Of a stretch of DNA of 64,000 bases, positions 1 through 10,566 are shown one piece after another. Within the stretch, counting starts at the first letter, position 1, and every line of letters begins with the position of its first letter. Under the pieces are notes generated by a model. It made no database searches. It was not told the origin of the DNA and was given only the letters and a program-made list of their open reading frames with translations. Both the position numbers and the translations under genes were made by a program. Origin of the DNA: a virus (taxonomy: Duplodnaviria; Caudoviricetes); the IMG/VR virus record IMGVR_UViG_3300042922_001473. One strand, given 5' to 3'.

Positions 1-46
1 TATTTATTAAATAACGCCTTATGATTCAAACCATAAGGCGTTATTT

Positions 47-334
47 TCATCTAAGAAATGATAAAGAAATAATCATTGATATTATAATACAAGGAATGAA
101 TATAACGTCTAAAACTTTACTTTTAATGTTTAAAATTTTATTTTTAAAAAACAAAGAAGTAGATAATATGACTGCGACATTCATAAATAGAAACATAATA
201 CTTAATTTTGGGATATTATATTTTATAAATGCAATCGTTCCAATTATCTGAAAAATAATTACTTGTATTATTATATAAATACATGCAGGATTCTGTTTAA
301 TGTTATTCATAATTACTTCTTTTTTTATTTTCAA
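47..334 (-). CDS. small membrane protein
   Basis: Three hydrophobic segments; GAGGGGG RBS upstream of the TTG start. Confidence 0.55.
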   Translation of the reverse strand: MKIKKEVIMNNIKQNPACIYIIIQVIIFQIIGTIAFIKYNIPKLSIMFLFMNVAVILSTSLFFKNKILNIKSKVLDVIFIPCIIISMIISLSFLR

Positions 335-490
335 ATTTCATTCCCCCTCTTTAGTAAAGTATACTTACTCATATTATATATTATTACCATATTTTAGTAA
401 AGTAATTTTACAAACTGTTGTAATATAAAATATAATTTACAAATTAAATTAACTATGATATAATATAATAAATATATTTAGGAGGTCTTT

Positions 491-1129
491 ATGAGTTTAA
501 CAAGTAAAATAATTAAAGAGTTTTCAATTAACATAGAGAAATTACTTATTATTATGTTCGGTGATACTTATGATTCAGAAGGAAATAAATATCAGGAGGT
601 GTATGCATATGAACTGAGTTCATTCTTTTCAAGTTTAGAAAGAAGTTTAGGGGCATTAGAGGATAATAAAGTAGAAATTAATAGAGAAGTTTTAAAGTCT
701 CATTTAATTACGAAGTGGTTTAACATTTTAGACAGATGCGATATGAATAGTTTAAATGATTATTTATTAGATATATTAACTGTTTCTAAAATAAATGTAA
801 CTGCAGAAGAAAGTCTCAGATTAACTGAGGAAGATAATAATTATCTTCGTAAAATAATCAGGGAAGAAATGAATAGAAATATGAATATATTAATAAACCT
901 ATCATTGAAAAATGAGACACAAATGACACAAATACTTTTAGATTTCAAAAAGAATGACAATGCTCATTATGAACACTTGATTTATACTTTTAAACAGGCT
1001 TATATAAGGGGTGCAAATTTACTGTATATGCTTTACAAAGAACAGCCGAAAGACTGGAGTACGGGTTTATCATTGCATGAAACTGTATGTAGAGACTTTG
1101 ATATTAAAAGAGAAGAATTCTTGTTTTAA
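491..1129 (+). CDS. hypothetical protein
   Basis: 212-aa ORF with AGGAGG RBS. Confidence 0.75.
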   Translation: MSLTSKIIKEFSINIEKLLIIMFGDTYDSEGNKYQEVYAYELSSFFSSLERSLGALEDNKVEINREVLKSHLITKWFNILDRCDMNSLNDYLLDILTVSKINVTAEESLRLTEEDNNYLRKIIREEMNRNMNILINLSLKNETQMTQILLDFKKNDNAHYEHLIYTFKQAYIRGANLLYMLYKEQPKDWSTGLSLHETVCRDFDIKREEFLF

Positions 1130-1145
1130 AAGAGAATAGTGATGT

Positions 1146-1889
1146 TTGAAATTAAGGAGGTTTAAATTGAAGGAAAAAGAACTTATTTACAAAGCTATTG
1201 AAGATAAAAAACAGAATATGATAAGTGAATACAATAAAATGATTGATAAGGTTATGGAAGAACAAAACTTGCCAGAATTATATTATTTATTAGCTCAAAT
1301 TTTTCATAATACGAAGGAGCAGGGTGAATTAGGAATTACATTATTAAAAAGTCAACTTAAAAATGATTTCTTTAAAAAATTAAATTCTCATAACGATGCA
1401 AACTTCATTACATTTTCTAATGATGATTTCATGATTTCATTTTCCAAATCATTATCAAAGGAAATTCAAGTAAAATTTAAAAAAGGCACAATTTCAGGAG
1501 ATTATTACCCATCTATAAATAAATCAATTCTGGAATTAAAAGAATTATTAGAAATTTATCTTAATGAGAAAACTTTTAAGAATTTCAAAAATTTAGCTGA
1601 TTTTAACTGCAAAAATTATCATAATAATATCATTGCAACAGTATCAAAATATTATACCACTTATAAGACTTGTAATGAAAAACTTCTTGAAGAAATAAAT
1701 AAAAGACAGGAATTAGATAATAAAAATAAAGTAAACTTTGAAAAAAGAAAAAAAGAGTATGAAGATATGCAAACTTATGCAAAGGATATAATTGCAAGTC
1801 TAACTGACCTGGAAGAGTTTAAGAAAAAAGGTTGGCATGTAAGATATATCGGAATAGAAGACGAAAGAGGATGTATTACATTTGCTTAG
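1146..1889 (+). CDS. hypothetical protein
   Basis: 247-aa ORF; an internal AAGGAGG suggests the true start is a TTG a few codons in. Confidence 0.7.
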   Translation: MKLRRFKLKEKELIYKAIEDKKQNMISEYNKMIDKVMEEQNLPELYYLLAQIFHNTKEQGELGITLLKSQLKNDFFKKLNSHNDANFITFSNDDFMISFSKSLSKEIQVKFKKGTISGDYYPSINKSILELKELLEIYLNEKTFKNFKNLADFNCKNYHNNIIATVSKYYTTYKTCNEKLLEEINKRQELDNKNKVNFEKRKKEYEDMQTYAKDIIASLTDLEEFKKKGWHVRYIGIEDERGCITFA

Positions 1890-2048
1890 TAATGAATTAA
1901 ATATTATTCAAGAATGAAGGTTTAATTTAATTATATTAACGCTTACTAATAAAGAATATTAGAAAATATTTTAATAAAGCTAATGAAATAATTATAAAAA
2001 TAATTTTGACATTATAAATTGATTAATTGTCAAAAAATATAAATAAAT

Positions 2049-2804
2049 GTGAGGAAATTAATAATGTATAAAAACTTGCCAGATGTTTGCGAAAGTAAAC
2101 TTATCCCTAAAAATTTTGGTCATATAGGTCATTTGTGGGGAAGTAAAATGTTAGATAATGAAGACAAGCTTCTTAGTGAAGTTGAACAACGCAAATATAC
2201 AGTTAGCAAAAGAAATAAAAGTGATGTTGTAATTATCACTGAAAAAATAGATGGTATGAACGCAGGTGTGGTAAAAAAGAATGGAAATCTATACCCAATC
2301 AATAGAAAAGGGTATGATACACGCATTATGGGCATGGTGCAAAAGGAACTTGAATTACTTGGTAAGGAATGGGCAATATGGGTAGATAATCACTATTCAT
2401 TATATAATTCTATTCTAAATGAAGGAGAAAGACTGGTGTTTGAAAATTGCATTCTCCAACATACACTTAAGTATTGTTTTAAGCATGAACCAGTATTTTT
2501 ATTAGCAAAATATAATTCTAATAACATGAGAATTAATTATAAAGAATTATCTGAGTTGGCGTTTAAAAATAATATTCAACAACCTCCTTTATTAAATGTT
2601 GGTATAGCATTGCCTGCCCAGATGATTATTGAACAATATCCGAAGGGATTAGTAGGGGTAAAAGGAAATATCGAAGGTATAGTATATAATTATGAACATA
2701 ATGGAAAACATGAATCATGTGCTAAATTTGTTAGTAATTCAATTATGGGAACATTTGAATGTATCCCTCAATATTATAATAAAATTGCCTCTCTCTCCAC
2801 TTAA
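2049..2804 (+). CDS. ATP-dependent RNA ligase-like nucleotidyltransferase (Rnl family)
   Basis: Motif I TEKIDGMN (KxDG), NRKG, motif IV-like IEGIV, motif V-like AKFV. Confidence 0.7.
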   Translation: MRKLIMYKNLPDVCESKLIPKNFGHIGHLWGSKMLDNEDKLLSEVEQRKYTVSKRNKSDVVIITEKIDGMNAGVVKKNGNLYPINRKGYDTRIMGMVQKELELLGKEWAIWVDNHYSLYNSILNEGERLVFENCILQHTLKYCFKHEPVFLLAKYNSNNMRINYKELSELAFKNNIQQPPLLNVGIALPAQMIIEQYPKGLVGVKGNIEGIVYNYEHNGKHESCAKFVSNSIMGTFECIPQYYNKIASLST

Positions 2805-2843
2805 AAAGGTGGAGATTTCTTTTTGAAGAAAGGAGTGAAAAAT

Positions 2844-3036
2844 GTGAAAATTAGAATTAGTAGTGACACTCATGGTAAAATTGATTTTATTCAAAAATAA
2901 AATGATTGTGATTATATTATTGTTTTAGGCGATTGAATATGAACATTGGTATTTTGGACATCATCATGTAGGTATGAGAAAAGATAAATTTATCGGTGTT
3001 TGGGAAAGAGAACATTTCTTAAATATAAGTACATAA
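2844..3036 (+). pseudogene. decayed calcineurin-like metallophosphoesterase
   Basis: RBS AAGGAG + GTG; reads VKIRISSDTHG..*..DYIIVLGD* then WYFGHHH, i.e. DxH, GD and GHxH motifs with stops and an internal deletion. Confidence 0.7.
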
Positions 3037-3166
3037 GGAAATTATTTTATTATTTTTACAATATAATAAAAGAGTAAATATAAACAAGGAATAGATAATT
3101 CTCTATTACATAAGTATAACTTAAAAAAGTGCCCTTAAGAAGATACCCCATTGGTATTACTTTAAA

Positions 3167-3532
3167 ATGACAAGAAAGTATAAGTTAAAGGAGATAAGAA
3201 TGGTAAAAAAATTGATAAATTTCATAATTGACGATGAAAGAAAAAAATCAAAAAATATTAGATATCAAGAATTTGAACACAATTTAAGAAATTTGCTATC
3301 TGAGCTAAATGATAAAACAGATAGGGAAGATGATTTTCTTTTAGATAATATTAAACAAGCAATAATTGTTTATCTAATAAAAAATGAATCAGGAGAAAAT
3401 AGTAAGATATTTTTGGCTAACATGAAGGAAAATTATTATATATCAACTAAAGAATTAGTCAATAAACATCCTGACTTAGAAATAGAAATATTAAAAATGA
3501 ATCTGTTTGTTGAAGATTATGTTTGGAGTTAA
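3167..3532 (+). CDS. hypothetical protein
   Basis: ORF; AAGGAG ahead of the internal Met (MVKK). Confidence 0.65.
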   Translation: MTRKYKLKEIRMVKKLINFIIDDERKKSKNIRYQEFEHNLRNLLSELNDKTDREDDFLLDNIKQAIIVYLIKNESGENSKIFLANMKENYYISTKELVNKHPDLEIEILKMNLFVEDYVWS

Positions 3533-3591
3533 AATAAGTGATATAAATAGAAAAATTACAAATCATTTACTATAGTAGGGAGGAAACTATT

Positions 3592-3831
3592 ATGTTTTTA
3601 CAAATTGAAGGGAAAAGAGGAACTGGATTTAAAGAAATAGGAGAAAAGGGTGCTGTAATTGTCAATATGACTTCTAACATATATGATAAGAAATATATAT
3701 GCGTAGAAGCTTTTGAAGGCAGAGGTGATATGTATAAGGAAAGAGAAACTCCTGCAATTATTATTCAAAATGGAAATGAAAGATTTGAATTTAAAAGCCT
3801 TGATGAATTAATAGTACAACTAAAAAAATAG
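3592..3831 (+). CDS. hypothetical protein
   Basis: GGGAGG RBS; terminator hairpin follows. Confidence 0.7.
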   Translation: MFLQIEGKRGTGFKEIGEKGAVIVNMTSNIYDKKYICVEAFEGRGDMYKERETPAIIIQNGNERFEFKSLDELIVQLKK

Positions 3832-4185
3832 TAAAATTATGCTTAAAAACAACATTAATATTATATGATGTTGTTTTTTTATGTGCCGAATTTATATGAT
3901 AAATAATTATTATTAAAAGATGTGGATTTTCTTTTCTTCTTTAGATAAAGTATTCAAAATTAATGAAGAAAAATTAGTATATATCTAAGATAATTAGAAT
4001 TTAAAGAGAGGGATTTCCCCTTTCTTTTTATTTTAGTCAATAATTAGTTAGACGTTGACTATAAACATTGACAAGCTGATTTTAATTTGCTACAATATAA
4101 GAGTAAGAAAGTAAAAAATTACAACTTCAGAACAGTTTTTACTATATTTACTATAATTAAACTAAGAAAATAAATTGACTACAAA

Positions 4186-5469
4186 ATGAGGGTTAAAATG
4201 AAACTATTAAATAATTTCTTTAAAGAAAATAAATCTGATATTGCAATAGAAAAGGTTCAAAAATTAAGTAATAAATTAATACATGGATTAAGTACAGAAA
4301 ATGACATTGCAGAATGGGAAGCAAATCTTGAATTAATTGAGATGTTTAAAGAAAAATTCAATAAACTATTTTTGATGTATCTATTAAAACATTATCCAAA
4401 CGATAAAAGGTTAAATGAAAAATATCATGACGGTGACAGTATTAATGATGCTAAGGATGCAATGTACAGAGAGGTTCTTTTGCAAATAGTAGGAGATGCT
4501 TTATATATGTTAAAGTACAAAAGGAAGGATTTTTTATTTATAGGCGAGGGGAGATGCAAATATTTAATTGATAAAATAGAAGAATATGTTTACTTTGAAA
4601 AGAAAAATAAAGAGATACTTTTGATAAAAAAGAATGATATATCAAAAAGTTTATTAGAACAGGAATTAGAATATATTCTGAATGCCTTGAAAGATTCATA
4701 TGCCTTAATACCATGCAAAACATTAGAACAAAAAGAATGGTATGTTAGAGCAAATCATATAGATTCGTTCAAATATTTGGAACATGACGTAGAAAGCATT
4801 TTTAGTAAAAGATACAAATTAGGGTTAAAACATGGCTTTTTATTAGGTGATATTGGTAGTGGTAAAACGAGAGCTGTTCAAAAAGAGATTGAACTTATTC
4901 TTAAAAATACAAATGATGATATTATTGTAATTGATAATGATGGAATGTATGAGGAGTTTTGTCATAAAAATAACGGAGAATATATAAATGCGATTAAAGA
5001 CTATATTTTTTTCGACAATAAAGCGACTGTTATTAATAACCGACTTATAATATTGGATATTCATAGCCTTAACAACGCAATAAAATTTGAATATGCATCA
5101 AAGGCTTTGAAATATGCTTATAAAAGGATAAATGAACAATCAGAATATTCAAAAATCACATGGCTTTACATAGAAGAAGCAAATGACCTGATATTTGATG
5201 ATTACTTTCTTACGTTTATGAGTCGTTGTATAAGAAAAGGAGTAATAACCATTGTAACGAACAGAGTAACTGACATTATAGAAAACCCTAATATATGTAA
5301 ACATTTTTCGAAAAGTTCGTATATTCGCTTATTTAGACAATCACCAAATTATAGAAAAAGCCTTGCAAAGTTTCTTTCTATTGATTCAGATAAGCTGGAA
5401 TTTTATAACATTGAAACAAGTTGGGCTATTATAGGAAGTAAACTCATAAAAATTAAAGATAAACTTTAG
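4186..5469 (+). CDS. P-loop NTPase with a reduced VirB4/HerA-like C-terminal domain
   Basis: Walker A GDIGSGKT, IVIDNDGMY, Walker B-like LYIEEAN, RKG. Confidence 0.6.
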   Translation: MRVKMKLLNNFFKENKSDIAIEKVQKLSNKLIHGLSTENDIAEWEANLELIEMFKEKFNKLFLMYLLKHYPNDKRLNEKYHDGDSINDAKDAMYREVLLQIVGDALYMLKYKRKDFLFIGEGRCKYLIDKIEEYVYFEKKNKEILLIKKNDISKSLLEQELEYILNALKDSYALIPCKTLEQKEWYVRANHIDSFKYLEHDVESIFSKRYKLGLKHGFLLGDIGSGKTRAVQKEIELILKNTNDDIIVIDNDGMYEEFCHKNNGEYINAIKDYIFFDNKATVINNRLIILDIHSLNNAIKFEYASKALKYAYKRINEQSEYSKITWLYIEEANDLIFDDYFLTFMSRCIRKGVITIVTNRVTDIIENPNICKHFSKSSYIRLFRQSPNYRKSLAKFLSIDSDKLEFYNIETSWAIIGSKLIKIKDKL

Positions 5470-5558
5470 TGGATATATATTAATCTCTCAAAATATGAGT
5501 TTTTAAATTCATATTTTTTTTGATATTTATATTGACTATAAACAACATTTAGAATAAT

Positions 5559-6392
5559 TTGACTACATCAAGAGAAGGAGTAAATGCATTGGATATATAT
5601 GAAAATAAAATAGATGAAAGTAAGTTTCGGTCAACTAACTACATATGGAATGAATTAAAATTAAATAGTCCTTGGGCAGTAGGATATGTAACGACATTGA
5701 TAGAATCAAAGGAATTTAAATGCAGGGAAGATTGGAAAGATTTTTACTATAAATCAGGTAAAGATAGATTAGATGAAATAATTAAGCTAAACCCGAAAGA
5801 AGCTAATATTTTGCGTAATTTTAGTATTAAAGATAATACATTGCCTTATGAATTAAAGAATTTAAACTATTCTTATGGAAGAACAGAAAATGATTTAATT
5901 AAATTAGCTAAATGTATGTATAAAAAGATACTTGAAGAAGGAAACCCTAACAAGATTGACTTAGGAGAGTGCGTTTATATGGTTAAATATAGAGTTTTGG
6001 GTGAGACGTGGAACGGAGTAAGGGTAAGAGAAATAAATACGGTAAAAGAGCTAAATAAGGCATTCCCAGACGTATCTTTTGTTAAAACAGCAGGGGATAT
6101 AGATTATAAGTATGGTGTAGACTATGAACTTTATCATGAGGATAAAAGACTATGTGCTATACAAATAAAACCTTCAAGCTACAGAAATGGAAAGTCCATT
6201 GAAATACAAAAAGCTAAGAAGGCAAACGAGTTTAAAAACAAACTATATGAGGATGATTTTTCCGCAAAGGTTTTATATGTATATTCAAGTAGTAATGGGA
6301 TTATAGAAAATAAAGAAGTTATATCTCAAATTAGGAGTTTTAAAAAACATATTTTTTTTGATAATCAAATTGACTATAAACAATGCGTATAA
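5559..6392 (+). CDS. PD-(D/E)xK endonuclease, MjaI-like
   Basis: EDWKDFYY helix and DYKYGVDY...AIQIKPSSY catalytic segment. Confidence 0.55.
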   Translation: MTTSREGVNALDIYENKIDESKFRSTNYIWNELKLNSPWAVGYVTTLIESKEFKCREDWKDFYYKSGKDRLDEIIKLNPKEANILRNFSIKDNTLPYELKNLNYSYGRTENDLIKLAKCMYKKILEEGNPNKIDLGECVYMVKYRVLGETWNGVRVREINTVKELNKAFPDVSFVKTAGDIDYKYGVDYELYHEDKRLCAIQIKPSSYRNGKSIEIQKAKKANEFKNKLYEDDFSAKVLYVYSSSNGIIENKEVISQIRSFKKHIFFDNQIDYKQCV

Positions 6393-6419
6393 AATATTGA
6401 CTAACTATATAAAGAGGAT

Positions 6420-6690
6420 GCTTTTATTGAATACTTACACAACGAAAAACACTTGAAGTAGCTAAAATAACTTCAAAGTAATAAAGGAATTTTTAAAAAT
6501 AAAACCCGAAATAATTGAAGTTATAAATGTAGAAAATGATTTAGATTATAGAAAGAAAGATATAGATTTACTGAAAAGAAATTACCTTCTGCAGTTGAGA
6601 ATGGGTGATATTATTTTACAGGTAGTCTTGTGGCAAAAAGGATTTTAAATCATGAAATAAAAGGTGCGAAAAACAAAATATTAAATTAAT
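6420..6690 (+). pseudogene. fragment of a possible PD-(D/E)xK nuclease
   Basis: Interrupted frame containing VINVENDLDYRKKDIDLL. Confidence 0.35.
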
Positions 6691-6713
6691 AATTTTTAAA
6701 TTGGAGAGATTAA

Positions 6714-6923
6714 ATGAAAATAATTAAAGAAATTCTAAAAGAATCTTTGTGTGCTTTGATTGCATTATTCATTACTGATTTGATTTTTGCTATATTCCCA
6801 TTATGTAAAGATAATATATTTTTACCTTTCTCAAAATGGACTACAGATACAGTTAAATCAATTATATCTATATCAATTATATTTGGTTTTTATGGATGGT
6901 ATTTTAAGAAGAATAAATATTAA
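6714..6923 (+). CDS. small 2-TM membrane protein
   Basis: GGAG RBS, two hydrophobic helices. Confidence 0.6.
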   Translation: MKIIKEILKESLCALIALFITDLIFAIFPLCKDNIFLPFSKWTTDTVKSIISISIIFGFYGWYFKKNKY

Positions 6924-6959
6924 AACCAGAAAGATTAGAATACTTTTATGGTTTTAATA

Positions 6960-8303
6960 TTATTTTTTATATACTTTCTTCTCAAATGGTCTTACAAATG
7001 TTTCGTTTTTTCCCAATAAATAATGATATTCTTGTGCCAGTGCAATTGCTTCATCAGATGCTTTAGCTCCTACTGGAAGTTTTCTAATATAAGGGTGTAT
7101 TCTTATAGTTTCTTCACTATATTTTGTCTTATCAAAAAATCTAATTTCATTTTTTTCTTTTTCATTAGTGTTGTTCTTATTTTGTTGATACGAGAATACA
7201 ACAGAAGGTAAATCAGAATTAATTTCATCAGTTTTAGAACGAATAACATGTAATCTTTTTACTAATGAATCATTATATTTATATTCAATATCAGTAGTTA
7301 AACAGCAATAAACTTCTAATATAAAATTCTCAATATTTCCTACTATATTTTTACCTTCATTTGTATCAGTCCATGGACAATAGAAAAATTCTAACTTATT
7401 ATCATATAATCCACTAAATTCTTTCTCATTAGTTGCAGTCACCTTATATAAGAGCATAAATCTATCTTCTGTAAATATTTCTTGAAAGAATATTTTAGAA
7501 AATTGATTTGAGTTTTTAAATTCTGCTAAAACGCCACTTGAAGGTAAGTGATATCTTTTTTCATGAAGCAATTCTTTGTATTGGTTTGTAGACGTAATTA
7601 TATTTGGTGCGTAAAACATTTCTGTAATGCGATAGTAATTTTGTGGAACGATATTTTCTGTATCTTCACTTATAAAATTTGATAACACATAAAACATATT
7701 AGTTATTAATTGGTCGTTTGAGTTATAAATCATATAATCTTCAATTGATTTGATATTATACCCAAGTTTTTTGTATTCAGTAAATATAGTTTTCATTGTA
7801 TGTTCATTAGGTTTACTTTTTGAAGCATTAATAAAAGGCAAATCTAAATAAGGATATGGTTCTAATTTAGTTAATAATTTGTTATTCGCCTCTATGCCAT
7901 ATAATATCTGAGGTGTGTTGACTAAATAACAAAATTGTTGACACAAAATATTTATATAGCAAGAAAATGCATCTTCATTAATAACTTTTTTTGAGTGTAA
8001 TGTGGAAAAAATAAAATAAAAAAAAGATAAAAACTCTTTGTATAGCTTATTTTTTTTAATGAAAAAAGCAGTGTCTTTGTAAAAACCATTAAGGTTCTCT
8101 TTAAACTTATCTGGGTTTTCTATGGAAAGAAACAATTGATATTCATATTTAGTTATTAATTCTTTAGCTATGGGACTTTCTGTATAGACAAATATGTCAG
8201 TAATTAAGGAGTTAAAATCAATATTTTTAACAGATTCTAAAATAGCAAAAGCTGTTGCTTCTGTTCGTTTTTTAAGTATTTTATTTCTGGTTGTTACATC
8301 CAT
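6960..8303 (-). CDS. hypothetical protein
   Basis: 447-aa ORF with GGAGG RBS; basic C-terminal motif IHPYIRKLP...TFVRPF. Confidence 0.8.
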   Translation of the reverse strand: MDVTTRNKILKKRTEATAFAILESVKNIDFNSLITDIFVYTESPIAKELITKYEYQLFLSIENPDKFKENLNGFYKDTAFFIKKNKLYKEFLSFFYFIFSTLHSKKVINEDAFSCYINILCQQFCYLVNTPQILYGIEANNKLLTKLEPYPYLDLPFINASKSKPNEHTMKTIFTEYKKLGYNIKSIEDYMIYNSNDQLITNMFYVLSNFISEDTENIVPQNYYRITEMFYAPNIITSTNQYKELLHEKRYHLPSSGVLAEFKNSNQFSKIFFQEIFTEDRFMLLYKVTATNEKEFSGLYDNKLEFFYCPWTDTNEGKNIVGNIENFILEVYCCLTTDIEYKYNDSLVKRLHVIRSKTDEINSDLPSVVFSYQQNKNNTNEKEKNEIRFFDKTKYSEETIRIHPYIRKLPVGAKASDEAIALAQEYHYLLGKNETFVRPFEKKVYKK

Positions 8304-8459
8304 TAATTAAATTACCTCCAAAAGTGTATTTGTAATTAATTATATCAAAATAATTAACTTAAGTATAGTTTGATTTTTTAGACATTCGCTTGTATATAAT
8401 ATAATAATTTTATATAAAAGGAGTTTTTTGAATATTTTTAAAAGGTTCGGGAGGAAACA

Positions 8460-8840
8460 ATGAAAAGTATTAGAACTATTGACGTTCATGAAATGGATAG
8501 GGAAGTGGCAATATTGGTTTATAAAAATAAAATATATGAAGATGCAAATCACCAATATGCTTTAGAAATAGCTTTGTCAGAAAATGGAAAATGCTTAGAA
8601 ATAAACTTAGAAAAAGATTTAGATAAAGCCATTGATTTAACTTATGATATGAGTAAAAATAATGAAATATACGCATTTGATTTATATAATGACGGTATTA
8701 ATCCAATGTACTTAATAAGTCACTTTAAAAGCAATTTAGAGGCTTGCTATGAACTAATAAGGGAATACGCATTAAAACACAATTATACTTTGGGTTCATT
8801 TGGGGAAAGTATGGGTAAATATTGTGAGATTTATATTTAA
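8460..8840 (+). CDS. hypothetical protein
   Basis: GGGAGG RBS; terminator hairpin at about 8850-8875. Confidence 0.7.
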   Translation: MKSIRTIDVHEMDREVAILVYKNKIYEDANHQYALEIALSENGKCLEINLEKDLDKAIDLTYDMSKNNEIYAFDLYNDGINPMYLISHFKSNLEACYELIREYALKHNYTLGSFGESMGKYCEIYI

Positions 8841-8978
8841 GCAAACAAAAATAACACTGATTAATCAGTGTTATTTTTTATATAAAAAGATGTAATTCAT
8901 AATATCCAAGCATCCTGAAAAGGTAGCAATTCAATTAATTCATACATCTTACACTTTATTTATTCTATATTTTTATTC

Positions 8979-9677
8979 TTAGCTTATAACATAACCGTAT
9001 TTCTTTAAATAAGTATAAAATTTCTTTTCAGGTTCTAACCCGACTGACATTTTAGCAAGTCCGTCAGCAATTTCATTAAAATCATCACCTGTATGAGCGT
9101 CAACTTTACAAAAATGTACTTTCATATTTTCATTGTTTTTTAAGAATTTTTGCATCCATTGGTAATATTCTTCTGAAAATGCATTATCTCTTTTCCAAAA
9201 TCCAGTACCATGATAACATGTCCCGACATAATCATGAAATAATACTACTTCTTTAAAGCCATTCTTTTTAGCATAAACAAGTGCTTTCATAGCACCCAAA
9301 AGTTCGCCACCAATTTGTTGCATTGATATTGCACCTTCATTATTACCAGAACCTTTATCATGACCTATTATTTTATTGTCTTTGACCAAGAGTAGTCCAA
9401 ATCCATAATTATGAACATTTTCATTAAAACTACCATCAATATAACAATGTAGGCAGTCTTTTGGAAATAAATTTTCTGATTTATACATTAATGGGTCTTT
9501 AGTACCCAGGTAATCCTCAGCTTCAGGTAAAGTAGCAAATCCAGAATATACTGAACCGCTAACACCTTTAACACACTTTTCAGTTTCAGACCATGTTTTC
9601 TTTATAACGTTTTCAATAGGATTTTTTGTTATTGGGTCAATCCCAAACTTAATTGCGTAATAATTTTTTTTAGCCAT
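8979..9677 (-). CDS. rnhA: ribonuclease H with N-terminal hybrid-binding (Cauli_VI-like) domain
   Basis: N-terminal YYAIK..TWSETEKCVKG..YSGF; RNase H motifs YIDGSF, GELLGA, HDY, KVDAHTGDDFNEIADGLA. Confidence 0.9.
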   Translation of the reverse strand: MAKKNYYAIKFGIDPITKNPIENVIKKTWSETEKCVKGVSGSVYSGFATLPEAEDYLGTKDPLMYKSENLFPKDCLHCYIDGSFNENVHNYGFGLLLVKDNKIIGHDKGSGNNEGAISMQQIGGELLGAMKALVYAKKNGFKEVVLFHDYVGTCYHGTGFWKRDNAFSEEYYQWMQKFLKNNENMKVHFCKVDAHTGDDFNEIADGLAKMSVGLEPEKKFYTYLKKYGYVIS

Positions 9678-9826
9678 ATTTTTTATCCTTTCTAATTTTT
9701 TATTTATGTAATATCAAAGGAAAGAGAAATTCTCTTTCCTGAAATATTTAATTTACCCAATTCGCTTTTGATAATTTTCTTCTCTTTTCTTTGCTAATTC
9801 TTTTCTTGCAAATGCCTCAGCTTTGT

Positions 9827-10186
9827 CTATTTCTTTTTTGTTACTATTCCTTTTTGAAAAAGAAGCAACGCTAATCCCTTATTATCCTCGTAAAAAGTTA
9901 ATGACCTCGCAAATTTTTTTAGCTCTAAATCATTAGGTAATGTCAGATTTGCATTTAGATTGGTATTTATATCATTTATTGCTCTACTTAATAAATCTTC
10001 TCCGCAAAAATATCTTAATTCTTCATTTTTAATACCTGTTGTAGCTATTGCCAATTCAAATGCTTCTTTTGTAATATTTACCACAGCATTTATAATTCTT
10101 TCAGAACCACAATCAGTATCACCAAATTTAGGATGTTCAATTTGATATAAATTTTCTGATATTACTTTTGTAAATTTTTCTATCAA
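9827..10186 (-). CDS. hypothetical protein
   Basis: 119-aa ORF, AAGGA RBS + TTG. Confidence 0.55.
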   Translation of the reverse strand: MIEKFTKVISENLYQIEHPKFGDTDCGSERIINAVVNITKEAFELAIATTGIKNEELRYFCGEDLLSRAINDINTNLNANLTLPNDLELKKFARSLTFYEDNKGLALLLFQKGIVTKKK

Positions 10187-10566
10187 ATCCTTATTTACGG
10201 GTATATGGATTTAGATGTGGCATTCCATAACTGAATTTTAGTTTAATGTAGTTTCATTAATATTTCTTCTTGCTCTTTTAAATTTTCAATTCTATTTTTT
10301 ATTATTCGTATCTGTTCTTCATCATCATTACCATAAGCTTGTAATAAATCATCTTCAAGACAATCTATTTCTGCTCTAATTTCATATATATCCATCATTT
10401 CTATATCCATCATTTTTCACTCCTCACCTAAATATTAATTAATACCACAATTTATACCTATTTCTTTTTATTTATTGATTTATGCCAATACTACACCTAA
10501 TTCCTCGTACCCTTATTTACTTCTGAATTTCTTTACATTTTCTCCTTCGAGTAATACAGTTATTTT

